Origin: the human T2T-CHM13v2.0 reference genome, Homo sapiens | Length of the DNA stretch: 64,000 bases | Direction: 5' to 3' (one strand) | Assembly (NCBI RefSeq): GCF_009914755.1 | Contig: NC_060925.1 | Shown here: positions 1 through 14,395 of the stretch, piece by piece | How positions within the stretch are numbered: the stretch's first letter is position 1 | Layout of the letters: every line of letters begins with the position of its first letter | Position numbers and translations under genes: made by a program | Notes under the pieces: model-generated | What the model was told of the DNA's origin: nothing | Seen by the model: the letters and a program-made list of their open reading frames with translations, nothing else | Databases searched by the model: none

Positions 1-178
1 AACAGCTGGGACTGTAGGTATGTACCATCATGCCTGGCTAATTAAAAAAATTTTGCTTTTTAGAGATGGGGTCTTGCTATGTTGCCCAGGCTGGTCTTGA
101 ACGCCTGAGCTCAAGTGATCCTCCTACCTCAGCCTCCCAAAATGCTGGTATTACAAGTGTGAGCAACTGAGCATGGCT
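1..178 (-). mobile_element. Alu (older, AluJ-like), cut by window start
   Basis: Antisense Alu motifs: gctgggactgtagg, tagagatggggtcttgctatgttgcccaggctggtcttgaa, cctcagcctcccaaaatgctgg. Confidence 0.92.
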
Positions 179-934
179 GAAAAACTGTTTTAAGTCAGCA
201 GGGTCTTAAGCAACTTTAAACAGCATGTTTAAACGCCCCTTCTCTTACTGCCTAGAGAGATTTAGGGCTCAATAATAAAACTAAATTTGGCTTTAAAAAA
301 GGTAAAACCTTTTTTTACACATCTGAGCCATACGTATAATTTTTGTATTTCTACATATATCAAATAATAAATATAAAAGATACAAAAGGATTAGGATTAG
401 TAGGGTGAAAACAAAATAATACAACATAGTTAAGATGAATCAAAAAGTGGGTACACTATATGCCATAAATGTCTTCTCAGTTATGAAGTGGGCTTCAGTT
501 TTGGCTCTGAACTTCTTTGCAGCTAGAATAAGAAGAGAACACAATTAGTCACAGGTGTCACATTTTTAGAAGGTGAAAGAAAAATAGTTGCTCTGAAGAA
601 GATTTCTAGACACTGAAGTTGGGGAGACCATGAGGTGCTTAGTGATGCATTAGACAAATAACACCTGTGGGAAACAACTTGATGGGAATTTGTTAATTTT
701 TTCAAGAAATATTTATAGAATGTGCACATTATGCTTATCATGCAGGTACTGGGGATGTGCAATGGACTGATGTTTATGTCCCCCCAACAGATTCATATGT
801 TGAAATCTAACCCCCAGCTGCAAGGTTTGAGCCAAGACCTCTGGGGATATCTGATAGAGTCTGCTAAGAGGAGAAACTTGAGCTGGTTCCTGGAGGATCA
901 GGGACAACCATGATAACAAAAGCAAACTTTTGTT

Positions 935-1140
935 TGGTGCTTACTTCGTCTATTCTAGGAACTATTCTAAACAATTTTCCATCGAATGTGTTGGTTAGCT
1001 TATTTTAATATTCACAACAGCTCTGTGAAGCAGGTAGTACTATTATAGTCCCCATTCTACAGATGAGGAAACAGAGACACAGGTAAGTCAGGCATCATGC
1101 TGTGGATTTCCTAGCTGGTAAGCAATGGCAAGCAATGGAG
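935..1140 (-). mobile_element. MIR SINE
   Basis: Reverse MIR core cccattctacagatgaggaaacagagac; boundaries approximate. Confidence 0.75.
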
Positions 1141-3059
1141 CCCCCCTTCCCCTCCTCCGTGAGGGATTTACTTCTACTCATCCTTCCAGTCTTCTCTGGG
1201 AGACCTTTCCTGATTCCCTTGATGAGGCTGAGTTTTCTGGTTGCGTGTTCTAACAGCATGCTGTACTTGCCCTGCTTAGAACTTACCACATTATATGATT
1301 ACAAATTTATCTATGTACATTATTCATTCAATCTGTTAAATTATTTATAACTTACTAGATAATTATTACATATTGTTATTTATAACATATAAATAAAAGT
1401 TATTTAATGTCTGTTTCTCCCTGTAGACTGTAATCTCCATTAGGGCAGAAACTATGCATGCATTTTCTCATTATTTGATCTCTAGTGCAAGAGTTTGACA
1501 CACATAAGGCACTCAATAAATATTTTTTAAGTGAATGGAGCCAGGATAGGGCTTGAGCTGTAGGAAGAATTCATGGTAGAAACCTAAGGTGGCTGGGAAC
1601 GAGAGTGGGCATGGGGTTTGGAGATATTTTAGGACAAACCTTCCACAAATCATACCATCTATGTGGATTCCTCCTTTTTTGTTGTTGTTTGCCTTCAAAT
1701 AAACTCTGACCAGAATTACCCACCCAGGAAGGTAAGCTGTTTGCCTTTCTGGCGCAGAGGCAAGAAAGAAGGAAGGAGAGCTGGAAGAGCCGCTTTTCCT
1801 TCTATGATTGCATTGGCCTATTGCATGTTTCCTGAACCAGTATAGCAGTGCAGAATATGCCAGGACACATTTTTATGTCTTAATTTTCTTTTCCTCCCTG
1901 AGTCTCTAAGAGATAGAGGCATAGAGGACCTCATGCTGGGAGGCAGCTTGTGTTACATTTTCCTTTGTTCCCTGTTTCCCATTTTTGGAAGGCCCCTCAC
2001 AGCTTGGGGCAGGAGAGGGTGAGGGGTGGCTCCCACTGTCTGTCTTGCTGCAGGGTTGGCGGGGATGGGAACTGGTTTTAGTTTTTTGACATCATGTCAC
2101 TCTTCCTCTGTATCCTAAGCTGCTGTCTCCTAGTTTTCTATTTCCAGGGGAGGATGGTGGCTGAGTCTATATTTGATGGGATTTTCTGCTTCTCTTTGTC
2201 ACATTCGACTCAGTGAAGGTGAGTTAATTAGACCCATTAAAGAGTCTGGAAACTGGCACTGGAGTTTTGTGGCCTTTGCTACTTCTGTACCCCTGAGGCT
2301 GTCAGGGATAATGTGGCTGTTTTCAGCTCAGCTCCTCCTACCATTTGCATGATGAGGAGCTTAGCTTCTCCCAGGAAGAAGAACTGGTTAAGGAAAGAGT
2401 TTACTGTATGGTCCCTTACCTTGAATGCCCCCGCTAGTTTTATGAGTCAAATTCATGTATTTGTTCATTGAGTAGATGTTTACTGAGTGCCTTCTAGGTG
2501 CCTAGGTCTATGACAACAAGCACTTATAAAGAACGTAAAAAGGGGTTACATGAAAATCATGGACAGTTGTTACCAAAGGAGTTGAGAGGACATAGAGATT
2601 AAATATTTTTTGAGTAATCAGAATAGACTTTATAAGAGAGGTGGAGTTTTAGTTGGACTTCTAAACATGGATAGGAATTTGATCAGGGGTAGAGTTGGGT
2701 GGAAGGGGAGATGCTAGAATTCTGGAATTCTAAGTGGAGGTGATTGTGTGAGCAAAGGCCAGAATAAGAATAAAGACCTGTTTGGGGTCTGGCAAATGAA
2801 TTGATATTATTGTAGCAAAGAGTTCATATGGTATTTGTGGTGGTAGAGAGATGTGTTTAGAGATGAATGCTGGGGTTAGAGAGTAGGATCACTTTGGAGG
2901 TTATGTGGGGAGCCATCAGGGGTTTTACAGCAGGGATGAAATAGGATAAAACTTAAAATTCAGGAAGCATCTTCTAAAATAATTATCTTCTGGAGGATAA
3001 ATTAAAGGGAGGAGAAATTGAAAGCAAGGAGACCAGTTCAATTCAAGCCCATAATATTA

Positions 3060-3310
3060 GCTAACACTTAAATAATGTTTACTGTGTATCAGGTACTGTT
3101 CTATGCACTTCACCTAGGTTAAATCATTTAATCTTCACAATAACTTCTGATATTGACACTATAATAATTCCTGTGCTACAGTAAAAAATGAATGCATAAT
3201 GAGGTTAAATGACTTGCCCAAGATCATATAGCCAATAAACAAATACAATGAGCTAGTATTTGTACTCAGGCAGTCTGGCTCCAGCATTCCATACTCTTAA
3301 TAACACACTA
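3060..3310 (-). mobile_element. MIR SINE
   Basis: tcatttaatcttcacaataac ... gaggttaaatgacttgcccaagatcatatagc ... ggcagtctggctccag. Confidence 0.75.
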
Positions 3311-4867
3311 TCCATTCTCTTTGGATTTATTGAAGCCTAACAATGTGCAGGAGCTGCTAGCAACATATAGACATAAATAAAATGCACATAGTTTTGTCCT
3401 TCATCATTTAGTTAATCGGAAATTATTTTGGTAATTCAGATGGCCATTAAGATTTTAACTATAGTGATGGTAATAGAAATGGGTAAAAAGGGAGTAATTG
3501 ATAGAACTTAGCACTAGACTTGTTGTGGGATTTGAGACCACTTACAATTTGGAAGCTTGGGCTGATCCTTCCTTCAATTTTCTTATTTGTGATATAGGTG
3601 TAATAATAATAACAGAGATCTGGCTTCTGGCCAAGATGGAGCAAAAAGGACCATATTGAACTTCCCACCTGAAATAACCAAAAATCACACATGGTATATG
3701 AGATAAGAGTTTGCAAGATCTTGAACATCAGGCAAAAAAGGACAGTAATCTTTGAGCAATGGCAAGCACATGAGGTGAACTCCATGATTGCCTTACTTTA
3801 CTGTCTTGAGAGAGATTCCAGGCTGCATTTCAGGGAATAGGAACCCAGGTAGATTCCAGCAGACTCCCTGAATTGAGGAGACAAAGCTGAGAGCCCAGGG
3901 AGACCAAAGAGATTAGAGTTTACAGGACAAAGTGACAGACAGGAGAGACTTGTACACAGAGAGAACTCTGGAGATTTGGAAAGGATTCCTTTTAAGTATT
4001 CAGCTGAGTACTTATAAGTGCATGTATGTGAGGAAACTACCCAAGGCTGGGGAAATAACTGCTGGATAGGATTAGAGGTAACAGTGCCCAGAATTCACAC
4101 AGAGACATAAATAGTGCCTATTCTCAGTAGGCTGACTGGAAACCTCAAGATTCAAGGACAGTTGGTAGAGTACACAGAAAAGTCTTCTTCAGTAGTGGGG
4201 AAAAACTATGTCTAGAGCAAACATCACTCTGATTCTGCAAAACAAAATTTAAAAACAAGACACAAAAGGACTGAAGTGTTTCCAAGTAATTAGATCTCAG
4301 AACAAGGCTCACAAATATTTATGGGGAAACAATTTCCAGCATCCAATAAAGTAAAATTCACAATGTCTACCATCTAGTTAAAAATTACCAGGCATGCAAA
4401 GAAGCAGGAAAATACACCCATAATGAGGACATAAGTCAATCAGAATTGAGGTAAATGTAAGAATTAGTAGACAAGGACATTAAAATCATTATTATAACTG
4501 TATTAAATACGTTCAAAAAGTTAAGTAGAGACATGGGAAATAAACAGAGGCCAAGTCCATAGCAATAAAAATATGCAAAGTAAGACAAAGGAAAAGTGTT
4601 TAAAAAAAGAACAGAGCATTAGTAAGCTGTGGAACAACTTTGGGCAGCCTGGTATATATGCAACTGGAATCCACAAAGGAAGAGACAGAAAGGAGAGAAA
4701 AAATATTTGAAGAAACAATGGCTGAAAATTTCCAAATTTAATGAAAACTATAAATCTACAAATTCAAGAAGCTTACAAACCACAAGCAAAAGAAACATGA
4801 AGAAAACTATACCAAGGCACATTATAATCAAATTGCATAATCAAGGCATATCAAATCAAAACCACTA

Positions 4868-5220
4868 TGTTTTAGTCGGTTTGAACTGCCTTAATAAGAT
4901 ACCACAAACTGGGTAGCTTATAAACAACATTTATTTATTGCAATTTGGTAGGCTGGTAAACGTGAGATCAAGGCATATTTGGTGTCTGGTGAGGTCTCAC
5001 TTTCTGGCTTATAGACAGTGCCCTTTTCAGTGTGTCCTCACTTGATGGAAAGGGCTAGCTAGCTCTCTGGGATCTCTTTTATAAGAGGGCTAATCCCAAT
5101 CATAAGGTCTCTACCCTTATGATATAATCACCTCCTAAAGGCCTCACCTTCTAATATCAGATTCATGATTAGGTGTCAACATATGAATTTGAGGGGGACA
5201 GGAACATTTAGATCATAGCA
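4868..5220 (-). mobile_element. MaLR solo LTR (MLT1A-like) inserted in L1
   Basis: TG...CA ends; tgttttagtc...ccacaaactgggtagcttataaacaac...tttagatcatagca matches MLT1A/MST-type layout. Confidence 0.8.
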
Positions 5221-5377
5221 CATGATAAAGAGAAAATCTTAAAAGCCGCCAGAGAAAAAGCCACATAATGGATAGAGGAACAGAGGTAAGGATGACAGCA
5301 GATTTCTTTTGGAAACAATGCAAATGGGAAGTCAGTGGCAACATCTTTAAAGTAGTGGGAAGGTAGACTGTCATAAG

Positions 5378-5466
5378 ATATATATATATATATATTTATA
5401 TATATCATAAGGTAAATATATTTAATATATATTTAAATATAATATGTATTTGATATATATATTATA
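5378..5466. repeat. AT-rich / (TA)n low-complexity tract
   Basis: atatatatatatatatttatatatatc... directly visible. Confidence 0.85.
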
Positions 5467-6297
5467 AAGCCTAAATCAACCATTAAAATAGCAAAGAGTT
5501 GTAGGTAATAAGCCAATAATGGAAATAAAATAGAACAATACAAAATATTCAGTTTATCCAAAAGAAGGCAGAAAAAGAGGAAAAAACTTATCAATAAATA
5601 CCGCACTTGAAAGAGGCATTGTCAGATTGGATAAAACAAGACCCAACTACATCCTGCCTACAAGAAACATACTGCAAATAATAAAGACACAAACTTTATA
5701 GTACTAAATGCTTATTTTGGAAAAGAAGAAACATCTCAAAGTGGTGACTTCAGCTTCCATCTTAAGAAATAAAAGAAAGAAGAGCAAAGTAAACCCAAAG
5801 TAAGTTCAAGAAAATAATAAAGATCAAAGCTAAAATCAATTACATAGAAAACAGAAAAGTCCGATAGCAAAACCAGACAAAAGATATAATAAGAAAAGAA
5901 AACTGCAAATCAACATCCCCCATGGACATAGTTGCAAAAATAGTTTGTTTGCTGAAACAAAATTTCAGCAAACTGAATTCAAACAAGTGGCAAATAAGCA
6001 CATTAAAGTACACTCACTATTGTTGGTTGTTAAGAAATGTAAATTAAAACCTTAACAAGGCACCACTACATGTCTATTAGGAAAGCTAAAATTAAAAATA
6101 CTGATGGTATGAAGTGTTAGTGAGGATGTGGAAGAAATGGAACTCTGAAACACTAATAATGGGAATATAAAATGATAGAATTATGTTGGAAAACAGTTTA
6201 GCAGTTTAAAAAAAAATTAAACATATACCTACAAAATGATATAACCATTTTACCCAAAATAATTTACCCAAGGGTAATGAAAGTATATGTCCATATA

Positions 6298-6702
<405 letters not shown>

Positions 6703-9095
6703 TCAACACAATGGAATACTATGTGGCAATAAAAAGGGATGAACTATTGATATGAGCTACAACATGGGATGGATCTCAAAATAAGTATGCTGACTGAAAG
6801 AAGCCAGGCAAAAATGAGTATGTAATATATGATTCCACTTACATAAAATTCTAGGAAATTCACATTAATATATAGTGACAGAAAGCATATCAATGATTGC
6901 GTGGAGAAGATGAGGAAGTGGGGAGGGGTAAGGGGAAGATTGCCAAGGGATACATACAAAGAAGTTTTTTGGGAAAATGGCTATGTTCGTTATCTTGATT
7001 TTGGTAATGTTTCATATTGTACTCAATTCTACTCCAATAAAGCTGTTAACATAGTAATGAAAACTTCAGTGATTAGTGAGATGATACATGAAAGCCCTTT
7101 ATATGCTGTACAATACTATAGAATAGTTAGTTATTAATTCTATACAAGGAATTAATTACATATAACTGTGAGGTTGTAAGCTTATGAAACTAGAAGTGTG
7201 GTGGTCGGATCAGCAGAAATAAGAAAGGAATAGGAGCTGGTTTGTAAAAGATTGTGAATTCTATTTTCCCAAATCTATGTAGGGAACATATAGTTGGGAA
7301 CATATAGCTGAGAAAACCCAGGAGCTAGTTGAGAATGTGGAACTACAGCTGCAGAGAGGTGAATGCTACCACGAAAATGTGCACATGAGCATGGAGGTGA
7401 GAGCAGAAGGCAGGAGAGTAGATGAGATCTCTGGCCAGAAAGCATGGAGCAAGGGAAGAGAAGCCTGGGGACAGCCCCTAGGCTGGAACAGTAAATAGCG
7501 AAGGGGCTATTTGGAATAGGGCAATTAGAGGTCATCCAAAATGGTGCCCTTTGAGCTGAGCCAGCCATATGAAGATGAGGGGAAAAGTGTTCCAGGCTGA
7601 GGAACAGTGATTGCAGAGGCCTTGAGATGAGAAAGACCCAAACTGTTCTCAGAACAGTTCAGGAGGGCAGTGTGGCTAGAGTTGGTAAGGGAGAGGAAGG
7701 TAGTGTGAGACTGGGTTTGGCTGGTAGGCTGTGGTGAGTTTAGATTTTATTTTCAGGACAATAGAAAGTTATCAATGGGTTTTTAGAAAGGTCACTCTGG
7801 CTGCAAGCGAACAAGTGCTTGTGGAGTGGGGAGGAGTGGAAGCCAGAATCAGCTAAGATGTTCTTTGAGTAGTTCAGGTGCATCCAGTGACTTGGGCTAG
7901 GTTAATGGCAGTGGAGAGGAAGAATTTAAGGTAGGAAGAGCAGGATTTGATAAAACCCAGTGTGTCTAGGAATCTTGTTGATGACCAAATCATTTGGGCC
8001 TTGAAATTTTAGAGTTGGAAGTGAGTTAGGGATGGCCTAATATTACTCCTTGACCAACCACCTTATTTTCCACTCTGCTCTGTACAAATACCTTAGCAAA
8101 TAGCAATAACAATCTTCTCTCAAATGTGTGTGGTCCTTTAAAGCTTCCCGTGTGCTTCATAATCAATGTTTCCTTTAAGGGCATGGCTTGACCCAACCTT
8201 TAGCTCAGCCCATTGCTCAGGTGCTCTGCTCCAGCTGATCTGGTCTTATCTTGCTAGTCAGATGCAGGGAATGGTGGTTCCTGTGTTGTAAAGTGGGACT
8301 CATGCAGAAGGGGCGGAGGCTTAGGTGGTGGGATGAAGCTGGAGAAGTGACTCCTCTCCAGAGACTGGCTCTGAGTACACAGCCAGCCATCTTGTCTTAA
8401 GACAAGGCCAGGACAGCTGCCTCCTCTTCTGGGGACCTCCTCCCCACATTCCAGCCTGTTCAAATCAGGCCGTGTTCACAGTCCATATTGTAATGTGTTC
8501 TCCTTAATGGGATCTTTCTCTGCTTTCCCCCCGGGGCCGCATCTCTCATTCCTTTGAACTTCCCCATTGGTATCTCTTTTCAGGCATTTATCTCAGCCCA
8601 ATTGTTATACTTACTTCCAACTTTCCTTGAGTTATAGTGTCTTTCACTTCTTTATTCCCCACAGCCCCACTTGCATGTAGCTCATGCATATAGCACAGTC
8701 CAGTGAAGGTTGTTTAATTGAACTCATTCAAGGTCAAATACATCCTTTGGATGTGGTAGGTGCACAGAAAAATTAGAAGGGAGCTAAGATTCCCTGGTGA
8801 ATGCTGATTCATTTATCTCTACACAGGTATGATGATGAGGCAAGCGGGGGCAGAAAGGAAGCAGAAGTAGTAAACGGAGCAGTTGGGAGTGCTTAGAACT
8901 AAGAAAGTATGTGTGTGGCAAATGCCTTTAGAAAACTCTGACTGAGCAGGAGCCTGACCACCATCTTAACTCTTCCTCATTTAAAATTTAAAACGGTCTG
9001 TGGGGAGAGACTCTCCTTTTAGGATCATCAATCTGATTTTGTTCCAGAACTCAGTTGGGAAATTAGGTTTTTATTTTAGGAATTTGCTAGAATAT

Positions 9096-9660
9096 ACTGT
9101 GGCAGAAACTGGCAAATGCTCACTAAACCCATTTCCTTTTCTTCCTGGGCACACAGCTCAACTATATTTCCCTGCCTCCCTTACGGGGTATGAACATGTG
9201 ACCAAACTCTGGCTGTGGAGCGTAGGCAAAAGGGATGTGTGGCACCTCCAGACCTGACCCACAAAACCTCCTACATCATCATCCAGGCCTTTTCTCTTAT
9301 TTCCTGCTGGCTGCATGCCAGAGATCTGGCAGAGGGCAGCACTGCCCAACAGAACTTTCCACGGTGATGCAACTTTCCATGCCTCTGCTATCCACTATGA
9401 TAATCATGTGCTCACTGAGCGCTGGAAATGGAGCGAATGTGACTGAAAAACTGCATTTTTTACTTTATTTAATTTTAATTCATTTAAACTGCCCTACGTG
9501 GGTATGGCTGCCACATTGGGCACCACAGCTTTTGATGCAAGGAGTCTGGTTCCTGGGTGACTGGATGGAGCAGAATCTCCTGTTTACCTGCACTGCGCAG
9601 TGAAGTACATGAGAAATCAGTATGGTGTTAAGACACGGAGATGCGATATCTATGCCATAA
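9096..9660. mobile_element. MLT1J-like LTR with a nested MER3-like hAT MITE (~9335-9530)
   Basis: tgtggcagaaactggc...atttccctgcctccctt...catgtgacc; inner cagcactgcccaacagaactttcc...ccacattgggcaccacag. Confidence 0.6.
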
Positions 9661-10172
9661 AGTGAGGGATACCTGCTGATTCACCTATACTAAAAATTCA
9701 TATAGTATACATCTCAGCTGGATACCAACGTGGCTGGACAAACCCAGTATCTAATGTCAAATCCAATTATCCAGTGTCATTCTTAGAAGGAAAATCTACT
9801 CTTCTTTTGCCTCTCTTGAGCTCCCAATCTTTCTTCACCCTATTTTATTGGGGAAAAATGGAGGCCCTCCAAGCAACACTACTTCCTTTTTCCATGTAGG
9901 GTAGCAGAGTGAACTCAGGGTTCTCGTTTCTTCTCCATCATAGCTCACTGTGTGACTCAGGCAAGTTACATTTCTTCTCTGATTATTGGCTTCCTCATCT
10001 TTAAAGTTGCGATTTCTGGTTTTGGTTCTTTTTCTAAAATGCTCCTTTCAAATATCTGCTCTCTCTCTGCACCCTTTGTGCTTCTCCTCCTATCTTGGAA
10101 GGGACGATCCTCACTCCTGGTGTTCCCGGTACAAGCCCCTCCCAGACCCTGCCATGTTCCATTCTGCCCTCT

Positions 10173-10320
10173 GATAGCATTAGGAGATATACCTAATGCT
10201 AAATGACGAGTTAATGGGTGCAGCACACCAGCATGGCACATGTATACATATGTAACTAACCTGCACATTGTGCACACGTACCCTAAAACTTAAAGTATAT
10301 AATAATAAAATAAAATAAAA
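10173..10320 (+). mobile_element. Young 5'-truncated L1 3' end (L1PA3-like)
   Basis: gatagcattaggagatatacctaatgctaaatgacgagttaatgggtgcagcacaccagcatgg...ccctaaaacttaaagtat plus A-rich tail; has GAG rather than the L1HS-Ta ACA diagnostic. Confidence 0.93.
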
Positions 10321-11084
10321 GAAATCTTTCCTGCTTTCCTGCCTCTTTCCTCTTTACCAATGATTAAGCCCATACCTGCTATCACTACTGCCTTCCATTT
10401 CACTTACCTTCACTCTTTCCAGCCTAGATTTTGCCCTGATGTCTCTGCTGAGATGGATTTTGGGAATATCACTGTAAATACCCTCCCTTCAGCTTACAAA
10501 GGGCGGTCTCTGGGGACAGGGTGAGTCTCTCCTGTCTCAGCAGAGAAAGACACTTAATCCTGTTGCATGGCTCTTCTCCTTTCATCTATAAATTCTAGAC
10601 TCTTACCTCCTACACTGCCAGGGTGTCATGAGAATTAAAAGTTTGTAAATTGCCTTGAGTTCCTTGGAGATAGCTAGCGAGTGCAAGTAATAAAAATCAT
10701 TTCATATAAAGCTGTTGAAAAACAGGCAGTGAATTGGTTCACAGTCTCCCTCATTGGGTTATGATTATGAACATCTCCGATGGAATATCACATTACAGCA
10801 AGACAGGTGATGCCTGTGTTCAGCTGCTAATTGTAATAAAGAGCTTAATTTGCACTTCTTCTATTTTTCATTTCACTGGGTTGGGGAGTGGAGGTGACAG
10901 GGATGGGGATATTCAAGGAAGCTTTATAAGCGCGTCCTTGAATTGGTGATGGGGAGATGATTGTTCTAGCATTGTAAATAGCCAAAGCTAGACGGCTTGC
11001 TGCCATGAACTCTCCAGCTATTCTGTTACTTAATTACTATTGTTTTTCCTGTTTCCTAAGGCAGGGACTTTGAATCCGTCATTT

Positions 11085-11340
11085 CTGCCCCTACCCCTTC
11101 CTTCCTTTTGTTTTCCTTACTTTTATTTCCTTCCCTACTCCACTTCCTTCCTTTCCTTCCTCTTTCCTCCTCTCCTCTCTTACTTCCCTCCCTCCTTTCT
11201 TCCCTCCCTCCCTCCCTCCGTTTCTCCATTCTTTCCTTCCTTTGTTCCTTTCCTCCTCTCTTTACCTTCCTTTCTTTCCTCTCTCCCTCCCTCTCTTCCT
11301 CCCTTCCTTCATTTATTTTACTCTTATTCCTCATAATTTT
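11085..11340. repeat. Polypyrimidine (CCTT/CCCT) low-complexity tract
   Basis: About 250 nt of almost pure C/T. Confidence 0.9.
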
Positions 11341-11939
11341 GATCATCTACCATATATATACTGAAGAGAGTAGAGATAAAGTAGCAAATGAGGTAAATAA
11401 GATTTTTGTTCTCATGTAATTTGCAAACTATGATGGTTGACAATCAACAACACAAGGAATTCTAACAAAGTGTTATTTGTTCATTCATTCTTTCATTTGT
11501 AAATCAATAAGGAGAGCTTACTATGAGCCAGGCAATGTTCTAGGCACTTGGTATAAATCAGTGAACAACTGATAGTGGGGCTCTGATGGTCTAAGTACAG
11601 ACTTCTCTGAGAATGCAAAGCAAGAGACCTCTTCTTATCCAAGGGGTCAGGAGGGAAGGATATCCAAAGTATCCCAGGGAAGGGATACTTTGACGGTGAG
11701 AAGTTAGCCTGGCAACAAAAGGGGCAGGGGAGGTGTTCCAGCTAGCTGCTGAAGGGAGCAGCTTGTGGAAGGTCAGGAAGAAGCTCAATCAGTGTGGCTG
11801 GCACACATCACATGTAAGGTCAGAATGGCAAAAATGAGTCCTGAGAGCAAGGCAGGGGCTGTCTGAGCCACAGTAGGCAGTTTGAGGTTTATTCTAGGTC
11901 ATCTGAAGGACACCGAAGGGGGTGAGGACAATCAGGATC

Positions 11940-12130
11940 AGAGCCATCCAATAAAACTTTTTGCAGTGATGGAAATTGGTCTCTGGCCAACATGGCAGCA
12001 GCTAGCCATGGAAACTATTTATTGCACACTTGAATTGTGACTAGTATAACTGAGGAACTGAGTTTTAAATTGTATTTTATTGAAATGTAAATAGCTCCAC
12101 GTGGCTAGTAGCTAGCATAATGGACAGTAC
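11940..12130. mobile_element. MER3-like hAT-Charlie MITE
   Basis: tccaataaaactttttgcagtgatggaaat...gtggctagtagctagcataatggacagtac. Confidence 0.7.
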
Positions 12131-13743
12131 AAATCAGTATTGTCTGCTCATCATATCCAGAATACAATCAAATTCCTCCTGCACCCCCATGTAGGCCCTT
12201 CTGCAACTCTTAAGCCTTCCCCAAACACTGAAGCCTCTTGTACTGACTGAATCTCTTGGTTAATTGGGTAACTATGTGTGTTCCCATTTCTCCTCAATGA
12301 GTCTGCACACGCTTTGAGTGGGGACCGCTCTTGGGCTTTTGTTTTTGCCTCATCGCAGGCCACATGGCCTGAGTTCATTGAATAACTTTTGTTCGATTGA
12401 TTGACTCCTGATTTCCTTGGGCTGATGGGTAGAAAGTGCAAGGATGCAGATACCAGTGTTGCAGATGGGCTGCCCGTGAGGACTGTGTGCCCCAGCCCTC
12501 CGAGAGTACACAGGGGATGTCTGTCCTTGAGAAGCCAAGCCGTGTGACCTCTGGGAGCCCTTCCAGAGTCTCATTTGCCCAGCCCTCGGGTGTTTCTGTG
12601 CTGTGAGTGGGGTGAGGTGGAGGGAGTTCTCAGCTTTCCTGCAGAAAGGCAGGCACCTGTCACCACCCTGAACACTTGGGCTGCTCCTTTGAGTGCTTTA
12701 CAGTGACAGCGAGCTTGCTTTCCATTCCTGTATTTTCTCTGGACAGTCAAATCACTTTCCCACTGAGGCTTCTAGTTTTAAAATGATTAAAAAAAGGGCC
12801 TATTTCCATGCTTATGTTTTAGGCTCAGCTTGAGGCATAAAAGGAAATGTCCTCATAGTAATTGCTCTGAATGGATTTGGGGGTAATAGATGATCTGCCT
12901 CTTCCCCAGCTCCCCTCAGCCACAGGAGCCAAAGGTATATGAAGCTCCTGCCCCAAGGGAGAGCTGCTCCTCAGTGTGTTCTGTTGTGTGGCAGCAGAAG
13001 GCCCACGACACGGTGCCCAGGGCTAGTTCTCTCTAACTGGAAGTGCAGATGGTGTTGCCCCATTTTCAGAGTACACGGAGACTGGAGACGTGGTAATTTT
13101 AGTGTTGGAACAGGGATCCTGCCCTGGCAGAGTCTTGGTTCCTACTTGGGGAACGTATTTTCATAGAATAACAGACTTTCAAATGTAATTTAGTCAGTGC
13201 TTGCATTTTTTGTGTCCCTTCCTGGTGGTTGTCACTTGCAGCGACGTGGACTACATTACCATATGAGGCTGCCCTCCTGACCTCAGGACCTCTAACTATT
13301 GCAACACATTTCCCTAGGTTGAGCTAAAATCTGCCCTTTGTAGTGTTCACTCCTGGGTCCCAACCTTCCCCCTTGGGACCCTATAAAGCAAGCCTGATCA
13401 TCCCTCCTTCATGTGAACTGGTATTTGATGATAGCTAAGAGTTCCTTCAACATTTGCTCTGAGGATAAGGTCTCAATTCCTGTGGTCACCTTGGCCGATA
13501 GACATTTGTTTCTCCCCGGAGAGTGGAGCACCCAGCGGTGGTCTTAGCAGAGCAGCCAGAGCACGGCCATCGCTGGAACATCATGCTAGATGTTCCACTC
13601 CTTTGACACAGCCTAAGAGAACCGTGGGAGACTACAGAGCTCCAGTTAGTGAGTGCTCCTTATCTGCGGTAACGTTCTAGAAGGTCGCCGTGAGCCCTCA
13701 ATTAGCCAATGCTGAGCCATTGCTTCTAGACAAAGAGGAAATA

Positions 13744-14395
<652 letters not shown>

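Noticed and set aside
7282-7307. gggaacatatag repeated with a 14-nt period
   Set aside because: Ordinary micro tandem duplication
11040-11419. Hydrophobic or Arg/Glu-rich ORFs of ~100 aa
   Set aside because: Polypyrimidine low-complexity tract
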